Positions 1 to 12,949 of a stretch of DNA of 64,000 nucleotides are shown one piece after another. The position numbers and the translations under genes were made by a program. Each line of letters begins with the position of its first letter. Position 1 is the stretch's first letter. This DNA is from Octopus sinensis (lineage: Eukaryota): positions 51,782,464-51,846,463 of the forward strand of contig NC_043011.1 of NCBI RefSeq assembly GCF_006345805.1, given 5' to 3'. The notes under the pieces were generated by a model. It worked only from the letters and a program-made list of their open reading frames with translations, did no database searches and was not told the DNA's origin.

Positions 1-419
1 ATCTCACCACAGTACGTGATGAGCTTATCCAAATTTGTAAACTTTATCATTGGTAATATGTAGTAATAAGAATCACAAAGACACTGTTTGAAAAGATACA
101 AATAGTCTAGTTAGCAGAGATTCAAAGTTAGTCAGACACCTTTATTCTGAGATGGAGCCCTAAATGCAAGGTGTTGTTCTACTGTGGTCACAGTCATTTC
201 ATCATTTCATAGTGCTTGAGTAAAATAACACACATCACTGAAATAAAATACAGATCTAATAGAAATATTAAATTACCTAGCACACTTTTACTTCATTCCT
301 TTATTTTGTTGTAGGAATGTAAATGACATACTTAGGAAGAAATTTACTTGTTATGTCCTCAGTTAATGTTCTTAGCATCAACAATAAATCTCTCATCTAT
401 ATTCTGCTAAAACATTTAC

Positions 420-500
420 ACGCACACATACACACACACTCTCACAGACATACACATTTATATAATATACATGGACATTATGTGTCTACATGTGCATGTA

Positions 501-532
<32 letters not shown>

Positions 533-680
533 CATACACACACACACACATATATACATATACACATACATATATATATTAATATATATACTATATATAT
601 ATATATATATATATACATAGACACACACGCACACAAAGGTGTATGTATGCATACACATGCACATACATACATTAAAAGGT
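420..680. repeat. (CA)n/(TA)n compound microsatellite
   Basis: Directly visible dinucleotide runs; source of the spurious HT/YI/CV ORFs. Confidence 0.95.
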
Positions 681-2114
681 AAGGAAGGTGTGTGAGAGAA
701 AGGAGAGAGAAGGAGAAAGAGAGGTGGGTGTGGAATGATTTAGTATAATGTCAATGCTGACAATGTTAGGTGGTAAATTATTGGAATAGCATTATCTAAG
801 GAAGAATTGGTAAATTGAAATAATTCAATTTCTACTCGAAAAACTAAAGGACTAAGTAAAAGCTATAATAAGAGGAAATAACCTCAGATAATGGCTTATG
901 GCTGCAAATCTCAAAAGTCCATCTTCTCTTCAGTTCTATCTGCAATATATACATTGGCAACATCTGAAAGATGACTGGCTGACATTTCGATGATAATAAT
1001 AACCCTGTGATGCAGATGAGAGATTCGTCAAATCAGTAGAACCGAAAGAGATAATAGACAATTATAGTGGCCAGATTTGGCTGAAAGATTATGCTTAGCA
1101 AAACTGTATCAATGAGCAGATGAAAAAGGGTCAGTCAGCAGACCATGCTCTGATGATACGAGCAGAGCAGAGTTTTCCTCCACTCCCTCGCCCACTGTCA
1201 ACCCACAATAGTTCAATAGTTGATGGTGTTTCTGTTGTTGCTGTTGTTGGTTCTACTGTTGCTGACCTTCTCCTCCCTTACTCCGTTCCCCATCACCACC
1301 ACCCCTGCTACTACTGCAACATCTTGCAATATAAAGCCTGAAGGGACAAAAGAAGATGAGAGCTGTTAATCATGTCTGTATCACACACATACGCACAAGC
1401 TGGTCACAAATCAATGGTGCACTATACAAAGGCAGCTACAATGGCCGTTATATTAATGAATAGCGAGATTTCAACAACTAAAAAGACATGAACAATAAGG
1501 TTAGCTCTCACATCTTTTTGACTGGATTCAGTCATCATAAAATATAAATAAACATTTTCTTCGACGAATGGATTTATGTGAATGTGTATGGGTAAGTATG
1601 AGTGGGTGAGTGGGAATTTCCATTTCTTTAAAACTGATTCAATATATTTTTTCTCTCATTTCTTTTTGCATTTGATGTTGGAACCTTAGTGAAGTGGAAT
1701 AAATATTTCTGTGAACATTTAGAAGAGAATTCCAACAGCCACACACCAGCCATCAAATCAAGCCAGCATAAAAAGGTATCTTACCCAAGGTGTCTTACCA
1801 CACAACTTATGAAGTAATACTCTTGTGATAAGCAGCCCAGCATGGAGGCCTCATTGGTTAGTGCTGATGTAACAAGAAAGTTTTATAGGTTTTATATGGG
1901 ATTAGAGGGCATGAATGACTGGACAGGGATGTCAGGACTATCAAACAAAGCTGTCACTGGTTCACATATTATCATCATCACAGCAATGTATTTATAGACA
2001 AAGCATTTGATTTTTAATTGTCTAATAAAATATCTTATTGCATAGACAGTTGGATGTTAACATAACAATATTAATAATAATAATAATAATAATGATAATA
2101 ATAATATTAATAAT

Positions 2115-3500
2115 GGTTTCAAATTTTGGTACAGGTGAGGGGTAAGTTGGTCACAACAACCCCATTTTCAACTGATACTTATTTTAGCAATCCCAAAGGG
2201 ATGAAAGGCAAAGCCAGCCTTGGCGGAATTTGAATTCAGAACATGAAGATGGATAAAATGCTGCCAAGCATTTTGACCAACATGCTAGCAATTCTGCTAG
2301 CTCACCAACTTAAATAACAACAATAACTCTTTTTACTATAGGGACAAGGCCTGAAATTTGAGGGGAGGAGACTAGTAAATTACATCACCCAAGTACAAGA
2401 CCAGTAATTATTTTATTGACCTTTAAAGGATGAAAGGCAAAGTTGGTCCCTGTGGATTTTGGACTCAGAATGTAAAGCCAGAAGAAATGTTGATAAGCAT
2501 TTTGTGAGACATGTTAATGATTCTACCTGTCCTACAACAGCAGCAGCATCAACAGCAACAAATAGGAAGAATTTGGAGCGTGCAAACAGTAAAGGTCGTG
2601 CCCATAATAATTGGTGTATTGGGAACAGTAAGCCAGAATATAGACAAATGGCTGAAAGAGATTGAAATAGAATGCCCAGTAGAGCTGCTACAGAAAGTTT
2701 GCCTCTTGGTGACAGTATCAGGAGGGTTCTAAGCACTTGAAAGACTGCCAAAAATGTGTGGATACCTAAGGTTACAGGTAGTAACCTGCTACCCACATAA
2801 ATCCTACCAGGAATAAGACCAAACCTGAGCTTTGTTCCTATAATAATATTAATATTTTCTAATTAAGGCACAAGGCTTGCAAACTTGGTGGAAAAGGTTA
2901 ATTGATTACAATGACCCCAGTTTGAACTCAGAACAGATAGAACTGGCTTAAATGTCACAAAGAATTACTTCCAATGCTCATATAATTCTGCCAATCCACT
3001 GCTCTCTAAAATTACTGACCCTGTGCCTAAATTAGAAACAATCAGGGGGCAATGGATATGACTCCAGTGCTTAACTGATACTTTATTTTAATCCTCCACT
3101 CTAACCAAGGATGAAAGGATGGAAGTTTACCTCAGCAGGATTTGAACTCAGAATGTAAAGAGCTGGAAAAAATATCACAAGAGATTTTGCTAATCCACTA
3201 ACCCAATAATAATAGTTTCTGTATAGACACAAAACCTGAAATTTAGGAGAGGGATTGGTCAACTAAATTAATCCTAGTATTTCACAGGTACTTTATTTTA
3301 CTAACCCCAGAAGGATGAAAGGCAAAACTGACCAAAGCTTGATTTGAACTCAATTTATTGGGGGTTTGTGCATCTGGTCATTTAAACCAATGCAGTACTT
3401 TACTGGCACGTATCATCAACCTCAGAAGGATAAAAGATGCGATTTGAACTGAGAATTTAAATAGCTATAATAAATACCTAAAAGTGTTTTGTCAAATGTC
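2115..3500 (-). mobile_element. Tandem cluster of about 6 decayed tRNA-derived SINE-A copies
   Basis: Recurring GGATGAAAGGCAAA...GATTTGAACTCAGAA (reverse complement of the B-box GAGTTCAAAT plus GCCTTTCATCC central domain) near 2200, 2430, 3110-3150, 3315-3350 and 3445, separated by AAT-rich tails. Confidence 0.85.
2560..2845 (+). mobile_element. R4/Dong-like non-LTR retrotransposon, 3' end of ORF plus 3'UTR
   Basis: IGRIWSVQTVKVVPIIIGVLGTVSQNIDKWLKEIEIECPVELLQKVCLL, then frameshifted RRVLST* (TGA 2738-2740). This resembles the C-terminus of restriction-like-endonuclease LINEs; it ends at TAATAAT. Confidence 0.75.
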
Positions 3501-4449
3501 CTGATTCTGCCATAAACAGCAGTGGTGGTGGTGGTATGATGATAATGACAATGATGTTCTTAATAATCATATTTTTAAACACAACTAAAAATATAGAAAA
3601 AAAATTGGAAAGTCACTTCTCTTCTATTTTGATTTTCTTTCTCATTTCCTATTTGTCTGAGTAAAATTTGTTTTCATTTTAGATATGTGAATATATTCTT
3701 CTAACAATCTGAGCTCATTAGTAAATTAAGTTGCTTTTTTTACATTGATTTTTTTTTGGTCATTTGATGGTTGTTTAGGTAAACCCCAAATCATATAAGA
3801 ATTACCAAATGATTCTTTACACAGAATGACTGTCTGCTGCTGCCTCTGTCTTTAAACTAGCAGCACTTAGTTTTGAATCAACTGTTTCTTTTACTTTGTC
3901 ACCCCTGTTAACACCACTACTTGACCCTTGGGGCCAGAGTCCTTTAGTATGACATACCCAATAAGCGTCATCTACCAAACCCTATCAGTGACATAAGACA
4001 AAACCTGTAAAGCACCTTTGGTTGGACTGTGTCTGTTCTTAAGTGGTAGACTTAATTCATCACCAAGTCTAACACTACGGCCTGACCTGACCTGACCTGG
4101 TCTTTGGGTACCTTTAGGGTTAGAGTGCCTTTAGTGGAGTTCATACAGTTGAAGATATATGAACCAGATCCCCAAAAGTCATGGGTTGAAGATATACGAA
4201 CCAGATCCCCAAAAGCCATGACTTCCCACCCCCATCAGTCTTGGTGACCCTGCATAATAAAAAGCACTGTCCTCCCTTCTTTGACTAAGTCATACAAAAT
4301 TTTTTTTAAAAAACACTAATCATGAAATGCTGGTAATTATTTCATAAACATGATAATTGTAGTAGTGTGGGGCTACTAATTAGTAGGGATATTGGTGATA
4401 ATAATGATGATGGTAATAGTGGTGGTATTAACTACAGTGATGTTGCTAA

Positions 4450-4615
4450 AATTTAACCCTAAGTCAACCCTGTTCAAGTTGGCCTATGATCAAAGTATTT
4501 TCTTTTCAAATTTATGATTACATGGTCCACTTCTTTTCTAATTTGGTAGGTTGTGATTTGAGAGAATTTGGTTGCTATTTCTAGCAATGTTAAGCAACTC
4601 TGTAAAAGTTAGTTC
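4450..4615 (+). mobile_element. Old interspersed repeat family E (unclassified, SINE-like)
   Basis: Motifs TTAACCC..GGTCAGCCCT...ATGATCAAAG and GTGATTTGAGGGAGATTTGGCTGCTATTTCTAGC recur near 6540-6790(-), 10010-10050, 33560-33720, 33985-34215, 47015-47200, 47270-47475(-), 50890-51030(-) and 54770-54850(-). Confidence 0.6.
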
Positions 4616-6100
4616 CCTCTGTAATGGTGATGATGGTAGTGGTGAAGATAATTTGTAATAATGGGGGTGGATTAATAATAGTCACTGATGATGATGATGA
4701 TGGTGGTGGTGGTTGGTTGTACTGATAACAGTAGTGGTGGTATTGGTACTGACGATAGTGGTTGTGATTGCAGTAGTGGTAGGAGTAGTTATGATAGTTT
4801 GAATAAAGAATATTGATGATATGGATGTTGATAGTGATGGTGATGCTGATGAGGATAGCTGCTGTTATTATTATTGTAATAATAATGATAAACTTGCTGA
4901 GAAAGAAAATTATAATGATGTGGTGATTGTGGTATTGTTGTTGATCATCATCATCATCATCATCATCATCATTGTTATGATGATGATGATGATTATGACT
5001 CAGTTTTTCCTCAAGACCACACCTCATAAGTGCTAAGACAGCTATTACAGAGTCAGCCATTTAATAATTCCGGTTACCAAGCGACCCTTTCTCTCACCTG
5101 AACTCACTAGCATGAATCATCATATACACACCTGTTGAATGTGATCAATAAACTTTAAAGAGGGGCCCAACCAGCTATAGAACACAAAGTCATCTCCCCA
5201 TCCTTAGCAACTGATTGAAGAATTTTCTTGGCAACAACTCACAATAGAGATAAAAAAAGAAGTGAAATAAATAAGTCAAAACAAGCTTTCGGCTATGAAA
5301 ATCTCAGCTCAATATGGCACCAACAAACTTACTCATAATAATACCTCAATCACCATGATTCTATAACTTATTTTAATCCATAAGGTAAACTGTCAAATCT
5401 ATAAAATCTGGTGGTAGTCTGTGTCAGCAAAAGTTAATCCATAAAAGTTCATATATATATATATATATAAAAATAAATTAGAGTGAGATAATTTGCTATA
5501 AGGAATGAAAAACTCCAGTGTTTCAGATACTTTCTTATTCTTCTTTGGAGAGTAAAGCAAAAATTAAAGAGACTAACACCAAGGTTGCTAAGAAGCAATC
5601 CTATTGATGCAGTCACTCAAGTTAATCATGAATAACTGCAACATTAATAGCCATACTATTATTTTAAAAAATCTACCGGGAGCATACAGGTCCATTAAGC
5701 TGGAGTTTATCTAAGTTTCTGTGGCATTTAAATAATTGAGAATTGAAGACACCCCACTAACAGGACACCAGTCTGTGACAGAGTTAACCTCTGTATTGCT
5801 GGTAATCATTTTCTGTTGAATGGACTGAAGGAACCGAAAAAGTGTCTTACTCAAAGACATAAGGTGTTGTCTGTTCTTAGCATTGAACCCACAACCTAAT
5901 AATCCAAAGTCCAAAGCCAAACCACCATACAATGCACCTTCACAGGCACGGTATTGCTCAGATTTTGGGCACAGTTGACTATCATTTCAAATAATTTTCA
6001 AGGAATAGGAAATGTCCTGCACTGACCAGTTTATCTATCACTGTTTATCAGTAGAAATCATCTCTCTCTCCTAAGAAGAGTCCTGGGCTGAACAGTTAAA

Positions 6101-6160
6101 TTTATACCTACCACTATGTCTTTCTCTATTTCTAAGTTAAGACATAGTGGTAGGTATAAA
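6101..6160. repeat. Perfect 22-bp inverted repeat with 16-nt loop
   Basis: TTTATACCTACCACTATGTCTT (6101-6122) is the exact reverse complement of AAGACATAGTGGTAGGTATAAA (6139-6160). Confidence 0.95.
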
Positions 6161-6385
6161 AAAATAAACTATTTGGGGATAGAAATATTGTGGAAAAATG
6201 TGAGGTATTCTTTCATTAGAAGCAGTAGACTTGCTTACTGTTAAATTATCCATGCACATATAAGTCTGCGGTCTGCATTACATCTCTTACTTTCTTTTAT
6301 ACATGTGTCTAATGCGAAATCTGTGATGAGCCCGAGTGATGCTGATGACCTGGAGTCACCCAAGCAAGGTAGAGAACCTCTATAC

Positions 6386-6577
6386 CAGTGTTTCCCAAAG
6401 AGGGGTAATAACATTTCTTAAAGAGCATTATACAAATGATAGGGAAGAGAGCAATAAAAATACCAAAACCATTACACCTGTATTGCATACTATAAGTGTG
6501 ATGCAGTACTGAGTTGAGAGGTGTTTATGATTTTAAAAGACTAAAAGACCTCTCTTTAAAAATGGTTGAGAGCCATA
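6386..6577. mobile_element. Possible decayed hAT/Charlie-type MITE
   Basis: Left end CAGTGTTTCCCAAAG; right end AAAATGGTTGAGAGCCA. A similar right end (TGAGAACCACTG) occurs near 62930. Confidence 0.35.
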
Positions 6578-6966
6578 TGGTTATTCAGTCTACAAGAAAT
6601 AGTGGCAAAATCTCCCTCAAATCATACTCTACTCTCTTAAAAGGAGAAGGATACATTGAATAATGTTGTCCTAGTTTCATATGGATTGTAAAATGTAAAA
6701 GGTGATGGCCATGACTTGAAAGTGCTTTTCATTATAGATTTGTTTGATCAGAGCTGATATAGATTAAGAAAGACTAAGACATACACAGAGAGAGAAGCAT
6801 AAATGAATGTAATAGGTTGATCCTCTTTCATGAAGAAAGTTCTTGAAAGCAAATATATAGGAAGTTAAGAGAAATTCCAATGACCGGAAATTTAGTTTAA
6901 ATGCCTGTCAATTCAAACTGTCAGATTCAGTTCCTTGATAAAGAAATGGCTGCAAATACATATATT

Positions 6967-7000
<34 letters not shown>

Positions 7001-7668
7001 ACTCACAGAGTAACATTAGTTATTCTGTGAAAAATACACATTGTGGATAAACCAGGTTTTAGTCTCTGTAGTCAGGAAAAAAAATCGATCTCCACCTCAC
7101 CTAGTTTTAGAATTTATTAACACTTCGTCAGGGAGTGGTTGCACTTTTTCTAACCACAGAGGGAATATCAGTTCATAGATATTTATAACATGCAAATTCA
7201 GAATTAAATTGGTCTGTCTCATTTCCATGACACTGCTACTATTGGCAACAGGAATTCATTGATTAATGGTTTCTAATTTAGATACAAGACCTGCAATTTT
7301 CATGGTTGGGTGGGGTTACCCTAATATTTGTTTTATTGAACCTGAAGGAAGGATGAAAGGCAAAACTGACTTCAGTAGGATTTGAGCTTAGAACATTGAG
7401 AGCTGGGACAAATATTCTTTTATTTGTCTCAGTCATTTGACTGCAGCTATGTTGAAGCACCACCTTAAAAGTGGGCTCCATCAGCTTGCCACTCTGAACC
7501 CATTAATTAATAGAAGTTCTACACAACAATAAAATAAGTAGACATATTTTCTTAAAGTCTGTTCCTACAGATGTTGTTTATGAAGGGATTTGCGAATGGG
7601 GTTCAGGTGGTCAAGTGTCAAAAATTTTATCAGAACTGTGGAGGACTTAAACATCTAATTAAATCTAC

Positions 7669-7711
<43 letters not shown>

Positions 7712-7712
<1 letters not shown>

Positions 7713-7925
7713 CCTTTCTGCTATAGGCACAAAGCCTGAAATTTTGGGGGAAGGGGACAAGTCAATTACATCGACCCCAGTGTTTCACTGGTACTTAATT
7801 TATAATTCCAAAAGGATGAAAGGCAAAGTCTACCTTGGCGGAATTTGAACTCAGAAGGCAGAGACAGGTGTAATACTGCTAAGCATTTCATCCATCATAC
7901 TAACAATCCTGCCAGCTCACCACCA
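7712..7925 (-). mobile_element. SINE-A (older subfamily) with (AAT)n tail
   Basis: Full reverse-complement copy from ATCCTTTCTGCTATAGGCAC to GCCAGCTCACC, next to a long (AAT)n run. Confidence 0.9.
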
Positions 7926-7944
7926 GATAATGATAATAATAATA

Positions 7945-8142
7945 ATAAGAGCACTCAGAGAGCACAAACCAATGTCCTCTCGACAATTAGCCGCAGATGA
8001 TTTTTTAAATGAGAATATCTGAAATAAACTCGACTGCTCTCACAAACAAGAATGCTAAAAATGAACCCAACCACTCTCAAAAATTAAGTAAAAAAAACAG
8101 AAAAATAATCCAGAATCCTTGTCTAGTACCTGATTGATCCCT
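7945..8142 (+). mobile_element. Helentron/HINE-like non-autonomous fragment, fused to the following SINE
   Basis: ATAATAAGAGCACTCAGAGAGC start and AATCCAGAATCCTTG...GATCCC resemble molluscan Helentron-associated elements as I recall them; family assignment is inference. Confidence 0.4.
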
Positions 8143-8358
8143 AGAATCGTTAGCACGCTGGGCGAAATAGTTAGCGGTATTTCATCTGCCGTTACGTTCT
8201 GAGTTCAAATTCCGCCGAGGTCGACTTTGCCTTTCATCCTTTCAGGGTCGATAAATTAAGTACCAGTTACGCACTGGGGTCGATGTAATCGACTTAATAC
8301 CTATGTCTGTCCTTGTTTGTCCCCTCTATGTTTAGCCCCTTGTGGGTAATAAAGAAAT

Positions 8359-8362
<4 letters not shown>
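8143..8362 (+). mobile_element. SINE-A, young subfamily, 5' clipped
   Basis: B-box GAGTTCAAATTCC; central GCCTTTCATCCTTTC.GGGTCGATAAA; tail GTCCCCTCTATGTTTAGCCCCTTGTGGGTAATAAAGAAATAGG. Nearly identical to 57693-57923. Confidence 0.92.
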
Positions 8363-8415
<53 letters not shown>

Positions 8416-8931
8416 TGATACACAGCTGCATGCATATAAAGTTACATAAATGTGCATACATGCATATGTAGCTATATGCTATATGGACATGTATATACAA
8501 ATGTACACTCATATATTTCTCCAACATACACACGTACTTTCTCTCTCTCTCTCTCATATTCACTCACTTTTATAAATAAAATATACATGTTCGTTTAAAG
8601 GTTAGTCAGGAGAAGAAAAAAAAGAGAAGGGGCAGAGCCATGTTCTTGCCATAGGTCAACATTCACTGACAGACAGGGATAATTGGGTGAGGTGGATATC
8701 GGGTTACTATGCCCCCAACATTTACATATTCACTTAGGAAGGGACATAACTGAGTGAAGTTAATGTATATGCCTAAATCGTGTATGTACAAGTGTGCTTT
8801 ACTTGAAAGAACAGAGACAGGGTCCACAATCATTTTGAAGCCTGCCAATTATTAATTCAATAAGCTGGAGAAGGAAATGTCTACCTTGAATTGTTGAAAG
8901 TTCATGGTACCCACACATGCATGAGCATATT

Positions 8932-9008
<77 letters not shown>

Positions 9009-10299
9009 TAGATAGATAGATAGATACGTACGTACATACATATATATATACATGCACATATACATACATACACACATTGCATACAAATAAATCTATACAT
9101 ACATTGTCTTATATGCGAATATTCAAATGTATGTATGTATGTATGTATGTATAGATACACACAAGCACAGACCTACATACATTTTTGTTTGCACATGCAC
9201 ATATATACACTATACATGTCTATATCTGGACAGATATATTATACTTACATATTTTACTCACACACACACACACACACACATAAACTAAGATTAAACACAC
9301 TAAGATTAAATGGAGAAGATAAGTTAATCTTAAGCCTATGAAGTTCATATAGAAATAATCCATTGCTGATCCATCAATATTGAGAATGACAAAAATAAAT
9401 TTAATAAATTAATAATTTCATAAATGCATTTAATGGATCAGTAATTTGTGATCTGAAGTGCATGATGTTATTGCTATTGTTGTTGTTGCTGAGCTGCCCT
9501 TCTAAACTCTTCTCAGATAACTCCAGTCTATGAAGGTCATTAATCATTTCTTTAAGATTAACAGTGTAGTGTGTCACATCAACTACCACAAAGTTGAAGT
9601 CAGGAGCCATCATACTTCGTGTAGTGGGCAAAGAAATTTCAATTAGTTAATATTGCACCTGTTAAAACTCATTGAGTAAATGATTGACACTGGTAAAGAA
9701 AAGCAAGGGAGACGACTCACAAAATTTTAATTAAAAATAGAATGTGGGCATGTAGTGGAGAGTGAGTCTGTTCTCTGGTAATTGTGGTGACCATTTCTGA
9801 AATGACTTGCATGCGTTGACATGCTGTTCAGCCAAGGATCAGACCCAAGATAAATCTAAGATAGTCCAACCATGATCATCACATCTTTTGTTTTTAGGGA
9901 TGACAAGTAATACTTAGCCTTCCGGCTTCACAGACCCCAGTTGAACCGTCCAACCCATGCTAGCATGGAGAACGGACGCTAAATGCTGATGAATATCAGC
10001 CAATGTGTTCTTGATAAGAGGGAGACTTGGTAGCTATTTCTAGTTGGTCGTGCAACTACACAAAAGTCCTTCAATAGCTTGACCATTCAGTGTTTGAGTT
10101 TATGTGAGGGAGCAACACAAGAATGATACAATGTTTATAATATAACAACATGGACTTGTTCAGGCAAAATGAGATGTTGAATGGCTGTCTTTTCATGTGT
10201 AAAATGTAGCAAAATATGCTGCATAGAAAACAGTGTGGTATTCATATAGTATGTGGTTGTACCTATGTATATATGTGTGCATGTGTGTGTGCATGCACA

Positions 10300-10332
<33 letters not shown>

Positions 10333-10410
10333 GCCGGAACTTCAAAGTTATTGTCATCCTGCTTCTCATAAAAGTTTAATAAACATGTACTCTACAATAA
10401 AGTAGAGTAA
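10333..10410 (+). mobile_element. PLE-1 (Penelope-like) stub beginning in the hammerhead 3' half
   Basis: GCCGGAACTTCAAAGTTATTGTCA aligns to 18417-18440 and 27626-27650; downstream TGTACTCTACAA is shared with 27681-27692; it follows a (TA)n run. Confidence 0.5.
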
Positions 10411-10870
10411 TTATTCAGCTTAATGTTAAATTGTTTTTATTATAACTTGACATAAAAACAAGCAATAATATATATTGCATGTATGCTGGCAGAATCATTA
10501 CTAGTGAGCTGGCAGAATCATTACTGTGCCAAAAAAATGTTAACTGGCATTTCTTCCAGCTCTAGGATCTGAGTTCAAATTTGGGCTGTTAAGATAAGTA
10601 CCTGTTGAGTACTGGGGTGTGAGGTAATTGGCTTCCCCCAAATTGCTGGCCTTGTGTCAAAATTTGAAAGCAGTATATATTGCATATGTGTGTGTGTGTG
10701 TGCATGTAGAGGTAGAGAGAGAGTGAGCTATCCTAGGAATTCACAACAACAGATTTATATTCGTGGGTATTAATAAATGAGAGATAGAGCAATACAAAAG
10801 TATAGTTACTTCGAAAGAGATTCTTTTTTCAACACATTGTGCATTATCATTCTGTCAATCCTCATCTTAA

Positions 10871-11035
10871 CCCTTTCGTTACCAAACCGCCCGAAGCCGC
10901 CTGAAAAAAATTTTGGTTCATGTGACCAAGCCGCCCAAACCCGCCCGTATTTACCTATTCATATTTAAATGAGAATATCAGAGCAAATCTCTTTAGTACC
11001 AAGGTATTTTGGTCAGAAATATAGTAACGAAAGGG
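10871..11035. mobile_element. piggyBac-type MITE, 165 bp, intact
   Basis: TTAA target duplication at 10867-10870 and 11036-11039; perfect 12-bp terminal inverted repeats CCCTTTCGTTAC / GTAACGAAAGGG. Confidence 0.92.
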
Positions 11036-11719
11036 TTAATTACTTCATCCATTACCAAATCGTGTTTTTCATCATAATTCCATTTACATCTAGAATACTT
11101 TATAAGGATCGACCCAAGTACTTGATTGGTACTTTATTTTACTGGCCACAGATTGATGAAACCTAAAGTTCATGTTGGCAGGATTTGAACCCAAAACATA
11201 ATGGAGCATAACTAAACAGTGTAGATATTTTCTTTTCCGACACTCTACCGATTCTGCCAAGGCACTGTTAATCTCTCTATCTGTTTGTTTGTCTCTGTTT
11301 AACAGTCTACCTACCTATCTATCTGTCTGTCTGTCTGTCTATGTCAATATATCATTCAACCAACCTTTGCATCTGTCTGTCAATGTATTTTGTAATCCCT
11401 CTTACTATTTATTTATCAATCACAGGCAAGCTAAAACATTAAGACAAACCAACTGTGCTGTGTAAGTTCTATAAATAATCTGATAAGAGTTGCATTCACA
11501 GTCAACCAAGTGGAAATAAAAAACCAGTAGGGAGTAAGGAAAAACATATCTTTTGAAAATGTTGTCACTGAGATTTGATAATTCCTTTCAATGTCTTATT
11601 ATTGTTTAAAGTTTTGAATGTCACAACTGATCAACAAAAGAACTTCTCTTTAGTTTGTAGTATATGGGTTAAGGGAATAAAGTATAAGGATCTAATAAGA
11701 GCTCAAAGCATGTATGTAT

Positions 11720-11763
<44 letters not shown>

Positions 11764-12407
11764 TCACAAGCTGACAATCCAGCAGTGGCAATCAACATTG
11801 ATGCTACTAGATATTATCTGGGTTCTTTGTAGCCCACATGGTAGCAGGCTTTTTCTTTTTAACCTTTGTCATCCAGGCAACCATCAGCTAAACCAGAGAC
11901 AGCTGCAAACACTCAAACCACATAGAAATTATTTCATTTCACTACTTGTTGGTGATTTGTTCTTCACTTCCCCCTTTGATCTTTCACTCACACATCTCAA
12001 CCATCCATATCCATGAACAAGTGTTTGTTGCTTCCTTCCACAGTTTAGTAATCACTCCTCTGCTGTCCTTCCTGTGTTCAATGCCAGCCAAGTAGAAAAA
12101 TGTGGATTTGGTTACAAACCCATAAAATCCTACCACCTCTGGAAGTATTGTATATTGCTACATACAATACCATAAAATCCTCGAAATGTAGAAAGGATCA
12201 TCCTCTTGAGTGCCAACTCCATATTGCATTCCCAAAGTATCAGTAACTCAACAATCAGTGACTTTTTGTGAAGTCAACCAAGTTATAGGGTTGGGGTATT
12301 CATTATTGCAATATGCTTTGGATTTCTTTCAAATCTACATGCCAGAAGTCTGGATTACAGTTTCCTTTGCCATATGTATATACACACACACACACACACA
12401 CACACAT

Positions 12408-12680
12408 GAGCACGAGTGCAAAACAAGATAGAAAAAATAGTACTCAAATACCACAAGTAGAGTAATATGCTTTTATTAAAACTGCAAAATTATTACTCAG
12501 TTTTCATCACACAGGAATGTGAAACTCAGAGTAACAGTTTTGTGATAATTTGAAGCTTTGGGGAGGAAGGGAGAGAGAAAGAGAGGAGGGGGAGATAGAG
12601 AGGTGGCACAAAATCAGTGTTCCATCCTCTGATCAATGTTGAAAAAAAAATCAGAAGCTATTGCATGGTACATAATCATA
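12408..12680. mobile_element. PLE-2 (Penelope-like) remnant
   Basis: AAACAAG..GAAAAAA..GTACTCAAATACCA..GTAGAGTAATAT is shared with 30982-31045 and 36037-36106; carries GAAACTCAGAGTAACAG, resembling a hammerhead 3' half. Confidence 0.5.
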
Positions 12681-12949
12681 AAAACAACATGGCAAAGTGA
12701 TGAAAACGCTTAACTTGCAAGAAATTTTTTTAAAAATCACAGAACAATCAACTGTTGCAATCTACTGGGTCTCTTCTCCTGCATGTACATTGTGCCTTAA
12801 GCAATAATAGATTTCACAGCTAAGCTGATCTATCTTCTAGAGACAACACAACCAAGTTGTTGAAAATCATGCCACGCTTTATATATCACATGTACCCACT
12901 ATAGTAGTTGTTGTTCTTGGTCTCTGGTGAGCCTTGTCAAACACACCTA

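Noticed and set aside
3816-3981. Minus-strand open frame GLVDDAYW...DSHSV* after a possible acceptor
   Set aside because: No recognisable homology; the adjacent (CCTGA)n suggests a retroelement UTR instead.
4139-5131. Possible minus-strand exon pair (5098-5131 with AG/GTGAGA; acceptor at 4250) in compatible phase
   Set aside because: The peptide GVYMMIHASEFRVTKTDGGGKSW... matches nothing I recognise and runs into a 37-bp duplication. Such splice-signal pairs arise by chance; RNA-seq would be needed.
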